Source: an uncultured Bacteroidota bacterium
GTDB taxonomy: Bacteria > Bacteroidota > Bacteroidia > 2-12-FULL-35-15
Reading direction: 5' to 3'
Length of the DNA: 37,220 bases
Assembly (NCBI GenBank): GCA_903881065.1
Contig: CAIRRW010000046.1
Span: forward strand, 1-37,220
Shown here: piece after piece, positions 1 through 9,406 of the stretch
Layout: the number at the start of each line of letters is the position of its first letter
Position numbering within the stretch: the stretch's first letter is position 1
The notes under the pieces: generated by a model
What the model was told of the DNA's origin: nothing
What the model saw: only the letters and a program-made list of their open reading frames with translations
Database searches by the model: none
Position numbers and translations under genes: made by a program

Positions 1-12
1 AAATAGATTTAG

Positions 13-20
13 TACGTTTG
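13..20 (+). promoter_or_regulatory. candidate Bacteroidota -7 promoter box (TAcgTTTG) for the exbB cluster
   Basis: Exact match to the TAnnTTTG consensus about 59 nt upstream of the ATG at 79. No other support. Confidence 0.35.
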
Positions 21-78
21 TTGCCCTAAAAAAAGAGTAGTAAAAAATAATAATTAATAATAAATAAACAATTAAAAA

Positions 79-876
79 ATGAGTAATCAAAAAACAACAT
101 CAGGCGGATTCAGTTTTATGACTGCAGCTGTAGCTATTTTAGTAGCATTAGTATTAGGAGAAATTATTTACAATTTTATTCTTGGTGCACCATCGCATTT
201 TGATGCAGAAGGACATCCAAAAGCAGGTGATTTATTGGGTATGATGTATAAGGGCGGTATTATTGTTCCTATTCTTATCGCCATTTTAATTACCATTGTT
301 ACCTTCTCTATTGAGCGTTTGATGACAATAGGAAAAGCAAAAGGTAAAGGAAATATTACCACTTTTGTTCGTTCTATTCAATCATTGGTGGAGCACAATC
401 AATTGGATGAAGCAATTGCTGCTTGCGACAAACAACAAGGTTCACTTGCAAATGTAGTTCGTGCAGGAGTTGAAAAATTAAAAGTAATTAATTCTGACAG
501 TTCTATGGATAAAGATTCAAAAGAAGTTGCTATTACCAAAGAGATTGAAGAAGCTACTTCATTGGAATTACCAATGCTTTCTAAGAACCTAGTAATCATT
601 TCTACTTGTGCTACTATCGCAACTTTATTTGGTTTGATCGGTACAGTGTTTGGTATGATTCGTTCATTTGCCGCACTTGCTAATGCAGGTGCACCTGATA
701 CTACAGCTCTTGCTACTGGTATTTCTGAGGCACTTATCAATACAGCTATTGGTATTATCTCTTCAGTTATCGGTATTATTATGTACAATTATTTCTCTAC
801 ACGTGTAGATGCTATTACATACAGTATGGACGAAGCAGGATTCAGCATTGTTCAATCTGTTAGCTCTCATAAATAA
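79..876 (+). CDS. exbB: MotA/TolQ/ExbB proton-channel family protein
   Basis: 265 aa with N-terminal TM helices. C-terminal conserved region (GLIGTVFGMIRSF...ALATGISEALINTAIGI) is typical of ExbB/TolQ. Followed by two ExbD genes and tonB. Confidence 0.85.
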   Translation: MSNQKTTSGGFSFMTAAVAILVALVLGEIIYNFILGAPSHFDAEGHPKAGDLLGMMYKGGIIVPILIAILITIVTFSIERLMTIGKAKGKGNITTFVRSIQSLVEHNQLDEAIAACDKQQGSLANVVRAGVEKLKVINSDSSMDKDSKEVAITKEIEEATSLELPMLSKNLVIISTCATIATLFGLIGTVFGMIRSFAALANAGAPDTTALATGISEALINTAIGIISSVIGIIMYNYFSTRVDAITYSMDEAGFSIVQSVSSHK

Positions 877-915
877 TTGAATCAATAAAGTATTTAACTA
901 AATAAATATAAAGAT

Positions 916-1572
916 ATGCCTAAAATAAAAATGCCTAAAAGTAATCCGTCACTGGATATGACTCCAATGGTGGATTTGGCGTTCCTTTTGGTGACATTCT
1001 TTATGCTTACCGCTTCTGTCAGAGTTTCTGAACCAGTTATTGTTGATACACCTTCTTCTACTTCCGAAAAACTACTTCCTGATAATTGTATTCTAATTAC
1101 AGTAGATAATAAAGGAAGAGCATTTTATAATATTAATAATGGAGAAGTGCGTATGAAAACCCTTGAAAGAATGGGGCAACAATATAAAATCGATTTCACT
1201 GATAAAGAGAAAAAACGTTTTGCCGGCATGACTAGTTTTGGAGTGCCGATAGCGCAATTAAAGCAATACATTGATATGGAAGACCCACAACGATTAAAAG
1301 TGAAATCTTCCGGTGTACCTTTAGACTCTTTACATAATGAATTAGGTGATTGGGTTCAGTTTGGACGTATAGAAGCCGCTCGACAAGCGAAAGCACAAAA
1401 GGATAAAGCCGATAAAGCAGGACGAACATTTAAATATGAGCCGATGCGTTTTGCAATAAAAGCTGACGGACAAGCTAATTACATTGCAGTGAAACAGATT
1501 ATTAAAGTGTTTACTGATAAAGATATTTACAGATTTAATCTTATAACAAATCTGGAACAACAGCAAAAATAA
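916..1572 (+). CDS. exbD: ExbD/TolR biopolymer transport protein
   Basis: The N-terminal motif LDMTPMVDLAFLLVTFFML is the ExbD/TolR signature TM segment. Position is immediately after exbB. Confidence 0.8.
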   Translation: MPKIKMPKSNPSLDMTPMVDLAFLLVTFFMLTASVRVSEPVIVDTPSSTSEKLLPDNCILITVDNKGRAFYNINNGEVRMKTLERMGQQYKIDFTDKEKKRFAGMTSFGVPIAQLKQYIDMEDPQRLKVKSSGVPLDSLHNELGDWVQFGRIEAARQAKAQKDKADKAGRTFKYEPMRFAIKADGQANYIAVKQIIKVFTDKDIYRFNLITNLEQQQK

Positions 1573-1656
1573 GTCGAATAGGTTATGGAAACGTAACAGT
1601 GTTTGCATCAATAATTTAGACGACAGGAAATATAAACAGATAATTAATTTAATAAA

Positions 1657-2316
1657 ATGGCAGAAGTAAATACCGGTGATGGTGGTGGCGGTCATGGCAA
1701 ACATGATAAAAAACGCGCCAAGAAAGCATCCACACGAATTGACATGACACCAATGGTGGATTTGGCATTCCTTCTTCTTACATTCTTTGTACTTACATCT
1801 ACTTTTAATAAGGCGAAAACAATGGAAATAAATTTTCCTGCTAAGCCAAAGTCGGAAAAAGAAAGAATGAAAATAAATAACGCCTTGACATTTATTTTGA
1901 CACGAGAAGGAAAAGACGAAAAGGAAGATGGTATCTATTACTATTATGGTGAGTTTTATGGACCTAATAATAAAGATGGAAAACCTGCAACAGCGTATAC
2001 TAAAACAGATTTTTCAAAAGAAGGATTACATAAACTATTGTTGGATAGAAACAAACCGACAATAGATGCTCTGGATGCTTTGGAAGAAAAGTATAAGAAA
2101 AAGGAAATTGCGGATACTACCTACAAACGTTTGGCATTAAAGGAAAAAGGGAAGAAGGAAGCTCTTACTGTTCTTATTAAGGCAGACGATAAAGCGGTAT
2201 ATAAAAACATTATAGATGCAATTGACGAGTTGAATATTTGTAACGTTGGTAAATATGCAATTGTAGACATGGGCCAGGGAGAGTTGGATATATTAAACGC
2301 TGTAAAGAAGAAATAA
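1657..2316 (+). CDS. exbD: ExbD/TolR biopolymer transport protein (second copy)
   Basis: The motif IDMTPMVDLAFLLLTFFVL has the same ExbD signature. Paralog of the preceding gene. Confidence 0.8.
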   Translation: MAEVNTGDGGGGHGKHDKKRAKKASTRIDMTPMVDLAFLLLTFFVLTSTFNKAKTMEINFPAKPKSEKERMKINNALTFILTREGKDEKEDGIYYYYGEFYGPNNKDGKPATAYTKTDFSKEGLHKLLLDRNKPTIDALDALEEKYKKKEIADTTYKRLALKEKGKKEALTVLIKADDKAVYKNIIDAIDELNICNVGKYAIVDMGQGELDILNAVKKK

Positions 2317-2317
2317 A

Positions 2318-3139
2318 ATGGCAGAAGAAACATTATTTAATCAGTGGACAAGTGTTGTTGCAGATAGCCGTAATGATATAGTTTTTGAACATAAACACAA
2401 AGACTATGGTGCTTATGCGATCAGACGAAATTATAACAAAACAGTTTTTTGGGCACTTACTATTTCTGCGGCATCCTTTTTATTTGCAATAAGTGTTCCT
2501 GCAATAATTGCATGGATAAAAAACATTCAAGAAGAGAAAATTGTAGCTGTGGATATTACTTCCCAGGATTTAACGGCACCACCACCTGTTAATCCGGATG
2601 AACCACCACCACCACCACCACCGCCACCACCAGTAATGGAAACGGTAAAGTTTACACCACCAATTGTAGAGGATGAAAAGGTAAATGACGATCCTCCTCC
2701 TGTGCAAACAGAGGAAACTCCTCAAATTAGTACTGAAACGCACGAAGGTGATGGTGATAAGAATGATATTATTATTCCTGAAACAACTGGAAATGGTGTG
2801 GTAGAACCTGTGGTAGAAGCGCCATTAACAATAGTTGAGCAAATGCCAACTTTCCCAGGGGGAGAAGGAGAATTGATGAAGTACATTCAAAAGAATGTTC
2901 AATATCCACAAGTGGAAAAAGAAGCAGGTATTTCAGGAACTTGTTATGTAACATTTGTTGTTGAGAAAAATGGGGCAATAAGTGATGTGAAAGTTCTGAG
3001 AGGTATTTCTGGAGGACCAGGATGTGATAAAGAGGCAATTCGCGTTATTAAATCTATGCCTTCTTGGAAAGCAGGTAAACAAAATGGACGAGAAGTGAGA
3101 GTTCAATTTAATTTACCTATTAAATTTACGTTGAGATAA
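2318..3139 (+). CDS. tonB: energy transducer TonB
   Basis: N-terminal TM anchor, proline-rich spacer (PPPVNPDEPPPPPPPPPPV), and a C-terminal TonB domain (EQMPTFPGGEGELMKYIQKNVQYP...GKQNGREVRVQFNLPIKF). The ATG starts 2 nt after the exbD stop. Confidence 0.85.
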   Translation: MAEETLFNQWTSVVADSRNDIVFEHKHKDYGAYAIRRNYNKTVFWALTISAASFLFAISVPAIIAWIKNIQEEKIVAVDITSQDLTAPPPVNPDEPPPPPPPPPPVMETVKFTPPIVEDEKVNDDPPPVQTEETPQISTETHEGDGDKNDIIIPETTGNGVVEPVVEAPLTIVEQMPTFPGGEGELMKYIQKNVQYPQVEKEAGISGTCYVTFVVEKNGAISDVKVLRGISGGPGCDKEAIRVIKSMPSWKAGKQNGREVRVQFNLPIKFTLR

Positions 3140-3169
3140 AACGCTTTTTTTAAAAACAGTAAACCTTCA

Positions 3170-3376
3170 GTGAATAAATTACGCTATTATTCCAATTATG
3201 TAATGATAGCAGTTTATTTGTCTCTTGGCTTACTGTTTTTATTTACAGATATCGCCAGTGAAACGTTCCCTGCTTATCGAAAGGAAATTGGTTCCACACT
3301 TCTTATTTATTCCATAATAAGATTACTTTTGCAGTATTATAAGTATAAGAGAGAAAAGAATGAGTACCCGGATTAA
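3170..3376 (+). CDS. small two-TM membrane protein (hypothetical); GTG start
   Basis: 68 aa with two hydrophobic helices and a basic Y/K/R-rich tail. Paralogous in pattern to the next ORF. The start codon is GTG in the sequence. Confidence 0.4.
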   Translation: MNKLRYYSNYVMIAVYLSLGLLFLFTDIASETFPAYRKEIGSTLLIYSIIRLLLQYYKYKREKNEYPD

Positions 3377-3629
3377 ATTGAAGCATGCTTGGAATATAAT
3401 TCGCTATAATCTTAGCTTTATGCTCCTTTCATTTTATTTAACCGTTGCCTTTTTGTTTTTATTCTCTCATATGTGGGAAGATTTAATTCCAAAAGGCAGG
3501 TCAATAATTGGATTGGTGCTTCTATTTTTTGGAGCTTTCCGATTTTATGTTGCTTACCGCAGATATAAAAGTAAAAAAAGTCGGATTGAAGCCATTCGAC
3601 AACTACACAAGAATGTTACTACAGAATAA
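3360..3629 (+). CDS. small two-TM membrane protein (hypothetical), tandem paralog
   Basis: 89 aa with the same helix-loop-helix and RRYKSKK-type tail as 3170-3376. Overlaps both neighbours by 17 nt. Confidence 0.4.
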   Translation: MSTRIKLKHAWNIIRYNLSFMLLSFYLTVAFLFLFSHMWEDLIPKGRSIIGLVLLFFGAFRFYVAYRRYKSKKSRIEAIRQLHKNVTTE

Positions 3630-4545
3630 ATTATTATCCATCTTCATTATCGCATTGGTTATTTCCAGTTGTTCCACACAGCCCAACGAACCAACTGATA
3701 CTCCTACATCAGGTGATGTTTCTGTTGTTGTTGACGAATCATTTCAACAATTATTTGATACAGAGATTTACACTTTTCAAGCATTATACCCAAGAGCAAA
3801 AGTGCATGCAAAGTATTTGTCGGAGAAAGAAGCATTGCAGCGATTGATTAATGATTCGTGTAAGGTAGTGGTTATGTGCCGTGATTTAACAAAGGCAGAG
3901 CGCAAGAACTTCGAAGCATCTAATTTGTTTCCTATTTCCACAAAAATAGCTGAGGATGCAATTGCAATTCTTGTAAACCCTGAAAATACTGACAGTACAA
4001 TAACTGTTGATGACATCAAATCTATTTTACTTGGCAAGGATTCTGTTTGGAATCAACTTAATAAAAAGAATAATCTCGGAAAGATAACTGTTGTGTTTGA
4101 TAATAGCGGCTCAGCAAATGCCCGTTATATGCAGGATACATTATTGAAAGGAAAATCGTTTTCAAAGAATGCCTTTGCAGTGAAGTCGAACCCCGAGGTG
4201 ATTGACTATGTGAACAAAAACAAAAATGCAATTGGAATGTTGAGTGTGAACTGGATTAGTGATATGGATGATTCGATAACTCATAACTTTCTGAAAAAGG
4301 TAAAAGTACTTGAAGTGAAAAAGGACAGTGTATCCGAAGGTTTCAAACCATATCAGGCATATATTAAAACAAAAGATTATCCATTTACCAGAGATGTGTA
4401 CATGATTAACCGACAAACGCGTGCCGGACTTGGTATGGGATTTGTATCATTTGTGGCAGGAGATAAAGGTCAGTTGATGATTTTGAAGGCAGGCTTGATT
4501 CCGGCAATTGCACCTGTGAGATTAGTAGAAATTAATACAAAATAA
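3613..4545 (+). CDS. PstS-like periplasmic substrate-binding lipoprotein (phosphate-binding-protein fold)
   Basis: An internal ATG at 3613 gives MLLQNKLLSIFIIALVISSCS, a lipoprotein signal with a Cys lipobox. The body resembles PBP/PstS-family domains common after Bacteroidota tonB clusters. The track start at 3508 would lie inside the previous ORF. Confidence 0.65.
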   Translation: MLLQNKLLSIFIIALVISSCSTQPNEPTDTPTSGDVSVVVDESFQQLFDTEIYTFQALYPRAKVHAKYLSEKEALQRLINDSCKVVVMCRDLTKAERKNFEASNLFPISTKIAEDAIAILVNPENTDSTITVDDIKSILLGKDSVWNQLNKKNNLGKITVVFDNSGSANARYMQDTLLKGKSFSKNAFAVKSNPEVIDYVNKNKNAIGMLSVNWISDMDDSITHNFLKKVKVLEVKKDSVSEGFKPYQAYIKTKDYPFTRDVYMINRQTRAGLGMGFVSFVAGDKGQLMILKAGLIPAIAPVRLVEINTK

Positions 4546-4563
4546 AAGTTATAAAAAAAGAGT

Positions 4564-6135
4564 ATGAGAACAGTTAGATTATTTTTTATTGCAACAATGA
4601 TTTCAACATCAACTTTGTTTGCACAAACATTGAATGACGCGATTAAGTTGACCACCAACGAACAATTCCAGAGTGCAGATGAATCATTCAAAAAACTTAT
4701 TCAGATAGGACCTGGCAATGGCGAATATTATTTCTATTATGGCGAGAACTTTTTTAAGAATGACAACTTGGAGATGGCAACAAAATTGTATCTGAAAGGA
4801 ACGGAAGTGAATGCAACCAATCCACTTTGTTATGTAGGTTTAGGAAAAGTGCAATGGTATCAAGGCAAACAAGCGGATGCTAAAGCAAACTTTTATAAAG
4901 CTACTACTTTGGCAGCCGGAAAAGATCCTGTAGTGCTTATGAAGATTGCAGAAGCATACATCAATGCAGAGAATAAGAACCTTGTTGACGCATTTACACT
5001 TTTAACTCAAGCTGCTAAACTTGATGGTAAAAATCCTGAAGTTTATATTTTAAATGGGGATGCATTTTTGGAACAAAATGATGGTACCAAAGCTATCGAG
5101 TATTATGAAAGAGCAGCAGGTTTGGATCCTAAGTCTGTGAAAGCTACTTTGCGCCAAGGACAACTTTATAATAGAAGCAGAAATTATCCTTTGGCGTTGG
5201 ATTTTTATAAAAAAGCAAGTCTAATTGACTCTTCATTTGCGCCTGCTTACAGAGAAAAAGCAGAGATTTATTTCCGTGCAGGGCAATACAAAACAGCCGC
5301 AGCACAGTATAAACGCTACCTTGACTTAAATAACGATTGTACTGCCCGTGGCAGATATGCAGGTTTTTTAAATCAAGCAAAAATGTATCAGGAGTCGGTG
5401 GCTGCTGCGCAGGAAGCGCTTAAATGCGATCAGAACAATCCTTATTTATATCGTTATTTAGCTTATGATTATTTCCAGTTGAAAGACTATGCAAATGGTT
5501 TGACAAATTGCAATATCTTCTTTACAAAGATATCGGCTGATAAAATAATACCTCAGGATTACGAGAATCGTGCGAAACTTAATTCGCAGATGGGCAATGA
5601 TTCGCTTGCTATTGTTGATTATAAAAGGATAATGGAGCAAGATACCACCCGCACCGAATACCTTGGTGATATTGCAAATGCATACAAGAAAACGAAGAAG
5701 TATAAAGATGCAATTGATTATTACAACAGAAAAATCAAAACCGGCAAGGCGAATGCCAATGATTACAATGGTATTGGACTTTCCTATTATTATTCAAAAG
5801 ATTTTGTGAATGCAGATTCTTCATTTGCTCAAGTGGTGAAACAGCAGCCTGATTTATATGTTGGGTATTTGTGGAGAGCAAAATCAAATGTACAGCTTGA
5901 CCCAAAAAATGAAAAGTGGCTTGCAAAACCTATCTTCGAAACCTTTATTACTAAAGTGAAGCCGGAGGAAACTGAAAAGAATAAAAATTATTTAATAGAA
6001 GCATATAATTATCTTGCTGCATATTATGCAAGTCAGAAGGATTGTGCAAATACTAAATTGTATATGCAGAAAGTGTTGGACTTAGATCCAAATAATGCAC
6101 AGGCAAAAAAGGTAATTGCAGGATTGAAGTGCTAG
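4564..6135 (+). CDS. tetratricopeptide (TPR) repeat protein, secreted
   Basis: Signal peptide (MRTVRLFFIATMISTSTLFAQ). Recurrent TPR-like A..Y/F...A......G.....A helices throughout 523 aa. Confidence 0.75.
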   Translation: MRTVRLFFIATMISTSTLFAQTLNDAIKLTTNEQFQSADESFKKLIQIGPGNGEYYFYYGENFFKNDNLEMATKLYLKGTEVNATNPLCYVGLGKVQWYQGKQADAKANFYKATTLAAGKDPVVLMKIAEAYINAENKNLVDAFTLLTQAAKLDGKNPEVYILNGDAFLEQNDGTKAIEYYERAAGLDPKSVKATLRQGQLYNRSRNYPLALDFYKKASLIDSSFAPAYREKAEIYFRAGQYKTAAAQYKRYLDLNNDCTARGRYAGFLNQAKMYQESVAAAQEALKCDQNNPYLYRYLAYDYFQLKDYANGLTNCNIFFTKISADKIIPQDYENRAKLNSQMGNDSLAIVDYKRIMEQDTTRTEYLGDIANAYKKTKKYKDAIDYYNRKIKTGKANANDYNGIGLSYYYSKDFVNADSSFAQVVKQQPDLYVGYLWRAKSNVQLDPKNEKWLAKPIFETFITKVKPEETEKNKNYLIEAYNYLAAYYASQKDCANTKLYMQKVLDLDPNNAQAKKVIAGLKC

Positions 6136-6192
6136 TTAATAGCTGTAATCTATAACTTCCTGGATATTTTTATTGCTCCTTGAAAGTAGGAG

Positions 6193-6732
6193 TTAGGCAG
6201 TGATACTGAATACCGAAAAATTTACATTTCCATATTTTCGGTGCTGTATAAAATGAGGCAACTTTGATAAATCCGTTTGCTCGCCATGCTCCACAATAAG
6301 CCACCCTTCAGGTTTTAATAAGTTGTTCTGAAAAACTATTTCAGGAATTGTATTAATATTTTCCAAATCATAAGGCGGATCGCAGAAGATGATATGATAC
6401 GGAAGCGTAGCACGTTTCAGAAATGAGAACGCATCGAATTTAACCACCTTTACCTGATTCATTTTATATTCCTCACTTGTCCGTTTTACAAATTCACAAC
6501 AGGAATAATTGCTATCCACGCTTGTGATGTCGCCACAGCCGCGCGAAGCAAACTCATACGTCATGTTGCCGGTTCCGCAAAATAAATCAAGCACGCGTAA
6601 TCCGTCAAACTCAAAATGGTTATTTAGAATATTGAAAATACTTTCTTTTGCAAAGTCTGTGGTAGGGCGTACATCCAGATTCCGTGGAGTGTGAATTACT
6701 CTGCCTCGGTGAGTTCCGCTTACAATGCGCAT
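6193..6732 (-). CDS. rsmD: 16S rRNA (guanine966-N2)-methyltransferase RsmD
   Basis: The N-terminus MRIVSGTHRGR..., the SAM motif LDLFCGTGN and the catalytic DPPY motif (FCDPPYD) are diagnostic of RsmD. The ATG overlaps the upstream stop (TAATG). Confidence 0.85.
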   Translation of the reverse strand: MRIVSGTHRGRVIHTPRNLDVRPTTDFAKESIFNILNNHFEFDGLRVLDLFCGTGNMTYEFASRGCGDITSVDSNYSCCEFVKRTSEEYKMNQVKVVKFDAFSFLKRATLPYHIIFCDPPYDLENINTIPEIVFQNNLLKPEGWLIVEHGEQTDLSKLPHFIQHRKYGNVNFSVFSITA

Positions 6733-7607
6733 TATGAGTAGTAGTTATTAAACAATGTGAAATAATAATATGCAGGCAACGTCTGCAGCTGATAACTGTA
6801 AATAGCGCCATCATTGCGTTCGCCAAACTTTAACTTGCGAACGTACTTTTGTGTCAGTGAATATATGGTGGAGTTGCGTTCTATCTCTCCCAATAATGTT
6901 ACATCAATTGTTTCCGGATTCAAGTGCAGTTGCTCACACACGAATAGTAAGTAATATATGAAATCTTCGGCAGAATTATAATTAAACGTATTGTAGAACA
7001 ATAACTTCTTTCCGTCAATTAATAGTATTTCAAGGTGCGAAGGCTGAACATGCACAAATAATTTTTGGCCGGTCTGGTTTTTATTCTGCAGCACCAATGT
7101 ATCAATCAAAGCGCTGGAAGCGTGGTGGTACTTGATGTTTGAAAAAAGATAATCTAGTTTTGCCTTAATGCTTAATGGCAAAGCAAAAACATTTTTAGCA
7201 TCCATACTCTTCAAGTCATCTACCATTACCATTTCGTCGCCCTCCAATTCAGCATTAAAATTTAGATACATTTTAATCCTATCCTCTTCATACAAAGCAC
7301 TGGGCACCAACGTAGAAAGGTTATTGACGATAACACATACAGCAGATTTATATTTATGTTTAATCAGCTTGCTGTCTTTAATCAATGTTTCCAACACATC
7401 GGCAACGCCGTCAAAGTTGTAGATATTCTGGAAGTTGTAATTCTCGAATGCAATGTATTTGTTACCGGCTTTTTCGTTTACCGCCACCAAAATATTATCA
7501 ATGCTTATCTGAATTATAAGTTGAAAAGTGGAAACGTAGGCCGGATTAAAAGCTTCGTCAATAAAAGAGTTGACTTGAGTTATTTTATTCTTTATTTCGG
7601 TTTGCAT
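6732..7607 (-). CDS. DUF3822-like hypothetical protein
   Basis: 291 aa, translationally coupled to rsmD. I recall this synteny (DUF3822 upstream of rsmD) from Bacteroidota. There is no catalytic motif to confirm it. Confidence 0.5.
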   Translation of the reverse strand: MQTEIKNKITQVNSFIDEAFNPAYVSTFQLIIQISIDNILVAVNEKAGNKYIAFENYNFQNIYNFDGVADVLETLIKDSKLIKHKYKSAVCVIVNNLSTLVPSALYEEDRIKMYLNFNAELEGDEMVMVDDLKSMDAKNVFALPLSIKAKLDYLFSNIKYHHASSALIDTLVLQNKNQTGQKLFVHVQPSHLEILLIDGKKLLFYNTFNYNSAEDFIYYLLFVCEQLHLNPETIDVTLLGEIERNSTIYSLTQKYVRKLKFGERNDGAIYSYQLQTLPAYYYFTLFNNYYS

Positions 7608-7648
7608 TTCCGCAAAGATAAATTTAATTGTTGAATACTATATGGCTT

Positions 7649-7877
7649 TATTTTCCGATTGATTAATGCCTGCCCATAAGATTGTTTCCATTGTAAGACC
7701 TCACCCCTTAATCCCCTCACCTTGAAGAAAGGAGAGGGGGTGGAGGTGAAGTGCTACTATAAAAATCATGCTATTTCAGGTATAGGCTCCCTTCTCCTTT
7801 CTTCAAGGAGAAGGGCTGGGGATGAGGTCTTAGAAATTTTTGCAAACAATCGTAAGGATATTTTCCGATTGATTAAT
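7649..7877. mobile_element. MITE/REP-like palindromic insertion flanked by a 19-bp direct repeat
   Basis: Perfect direct repeat tattttccgattgattaat at 7649-7667 and 7859-7877. Between the copies is an imperfect palindrome at 7695-7831 (aagacctcacccc...ggagaggg versus ccctt...ggggatgaggtctt). No ORF of its own. Confidence 0.55.
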
Positions 7878-7906
7878 TGTTTCCTTGCTCGCATTCTTAT
7901 AATAGA

Positions 7907-7914
7907 TAGATTTG
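7907..7914 (+). promoter_or_regulatory. candidate -7 promoter box (TAgaTTTG) for the helicase gene
   Basis: Exact TAnnTTTG match 32 nt upstream of the TTG start at 7946. Confidence 0.35.
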
Positions 7915-7945
7915 TACATTCGTATTTATCAGTAATTATCAGCAA

Positions 7946-9373
7946 TTGAAATCAGAAGAGTTTTCCCGAATATTATTACAGCAGTTTCCCTTTGAAACCA
8001 CCAATGGACAAAGGGTATTGCTGAATAAACTTTCCGAATTTATATTAGGGAACAACCTCGATAATATATTTGTAATAAAGGGATATGCCGGTACCGGGAA
8101 AACGACTATTGTGCGCTCGCTGGTAAAAAGTATGCCTGCAGTAGGAGGGAAGACAGTGCTGCTTGCCCCTACAGGAAGGGCTGCCAAGGTGCTTGCCAAC
8201 TATACCGAGAAACAGGCGTACACCATACATAAAAAAATATATTACCGCAGACCCAATGACGACGGTGGTTTCGCATTTACACTGCAACAGAATTTACATA
8301 CTAATACTGTTTTTATTATTGACGAAGCATCCATGATATCCAATACGGGCGGGCTTAGTGGCGGTGGCATGTTTGGCGGTGGCAGTTTACTGGATGATTT
8401 AATATCGTATGTATTCAACGGTACCAACTGCAAACTTATTTTTATTGGCGACACGGCGCAGCTCCCGCCGATAGGCTTGGACGTAAGTCCGGCACTGGAC
8501 TTTGAATACCTCAAAGCTTCTTTTTCATTTAAAGTGGATTGGTATGAGCTTACCGAAGTGGTGCGCCAGACGGAACAATCGGGGATACTTACCAATGCAA
8601 CGTATATCCGAAATCAAATTAAAAACGAACAGCACGCAAAGCCAAGTTTTGTGCTGGATAACTTTAAAGATGTGGTGAGGCTTGGAGGCGATGAGCTGGA
8701 AGATGCTCTGAATTCGGCTTATAACAAGTTTGGTGCTGAAGATACAATGGTTATCTGCCGGAGTAATAAACGTGCGAATATTTTTAATCAGCAAATACGT
8801 GCACGCATACGCTGGCAGGAAGATGAACTGTCGACAGGCGATTATATGATGGTGGTGAAGAATAATTATTTCTGGCTGAAAGATGAGTCCAAGGCAGGTT
8901 TCATTGCCAATGGCGATATTATTAAGTTGACATCCGTAGGGAAGATACAGGAGATGCATGGCTTTAAGTTTGCTGATGTGAGGATGAAAATGATTGACTA
9001 TCCGGATGAGCCGGAGTTGGAAACGCGATTGCTGCTGGATACTATCATGAGCGATTCGCCGTCGTTATCTCAGGAAGATAATAAGCGGCTTTATAATAGT
9101 GTTTCCGCGGATTACGCTGATATTGCCGACCGCCGTATGCGATTGAAAAAAGTGAAGGAAGATGGGTTCTTCAATGCGCTTCAGGTGAAGTTTGCGTATG
9201 CCGTTACTTGTCATAAAGCGCAAGGCGGACAGTGGGATTGCGTATTTGTGGAGCAGGGATATTTAACCGACGAAATGATTAATACAGAATATATGCGTTG
9301 GCTGTATACAGCGGTTTCCCGCGCGAAAACCAAATTGTATCTGGTAAATTTTAATAAAGATTTTTTTGTTTAG
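7946..9373 (+). CDS. RecD-like ATP-dependent DNA helicase (AAA_30 / UvrD_C_2 type); TTG start
   Basis: Walker A (GYAGTGKTT), Walker B (IIDEASMI), GDTAQLPP motif and a C-terminal helicase motif (AVTCHKAQGGQWD). The first in-frame start is TTG at 7946, and no nearby ATG is available. Confidence 0.8.
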   Translation: MKSEEFSRILLQQFPFETTNGQRVLLNKLSEFILGNNLDNIFVIKGYAGTGKTTIVRSLVKSMPAVGGKTVLLAPTGRAAKVLANYTEKQAYTIHKKIYYRRPNDDGGFAFTLQQNLHTNTVFIIDEASMISNTGGLSGGGMFGGGSLLDDLISYVFNGTNCKLIFIGDTAQLPPIGLDVSPALDFEYLKASFSFKVDWYELTEVVRQTEQSGILTNATYIRNQIKNEQHAKPSFVLDNFKDVVRLGGDELEDALNSAYNKFGAEDTMVICRSNKRANIFNQQIRARIRWQEDELSTGDYMMVVKNNYFWLKDESKAGFIANGDIIKLTSVGKIQEMHGFKFADVRMKMIDYPDEPELETRLLLDTIMSDSPSLSQEDNKRLYNSVSADYADIADRRMRLKKVKEDGFFNALQVKFAYAVTCHKAQGGQWDCVFVEQGYLTDEMINTEYMRWLYTAVSRAKTKLYLVNFNKDFFV

Positions 9374-9406
9374 TTGCTCCGCAGAAGAGATAATAATGGG
9401 GGATGG

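Noticed and set aside
3508-3612. Upstream extension of the PstS-like ORF (track start 3508)
   Set aside because: It would overlap the preceding small ORF by 120 nt and would place 35 non-signal residues before a perfect lipoprotein signal peptide that starts at the ATG at 3613.
6136-6192. Weak hairpin gctcct-tgaaagt-aggagt between the convergent TPR and rsmD genes as a terminator
   Set aside because: The stem is only 6 bp including a G-T pair, and there is no flanking T-run on either strand. This is too weak to call.
7722-7949. 75-aa ORF (TTG start) MKKGEGVEVKCYY...
   Set aside because: It lies entirely within the palindromic MITE-like element. Its sequence is the translation of the gagggg/cccctc repeat arms, a common artefactual hypothetical protein.
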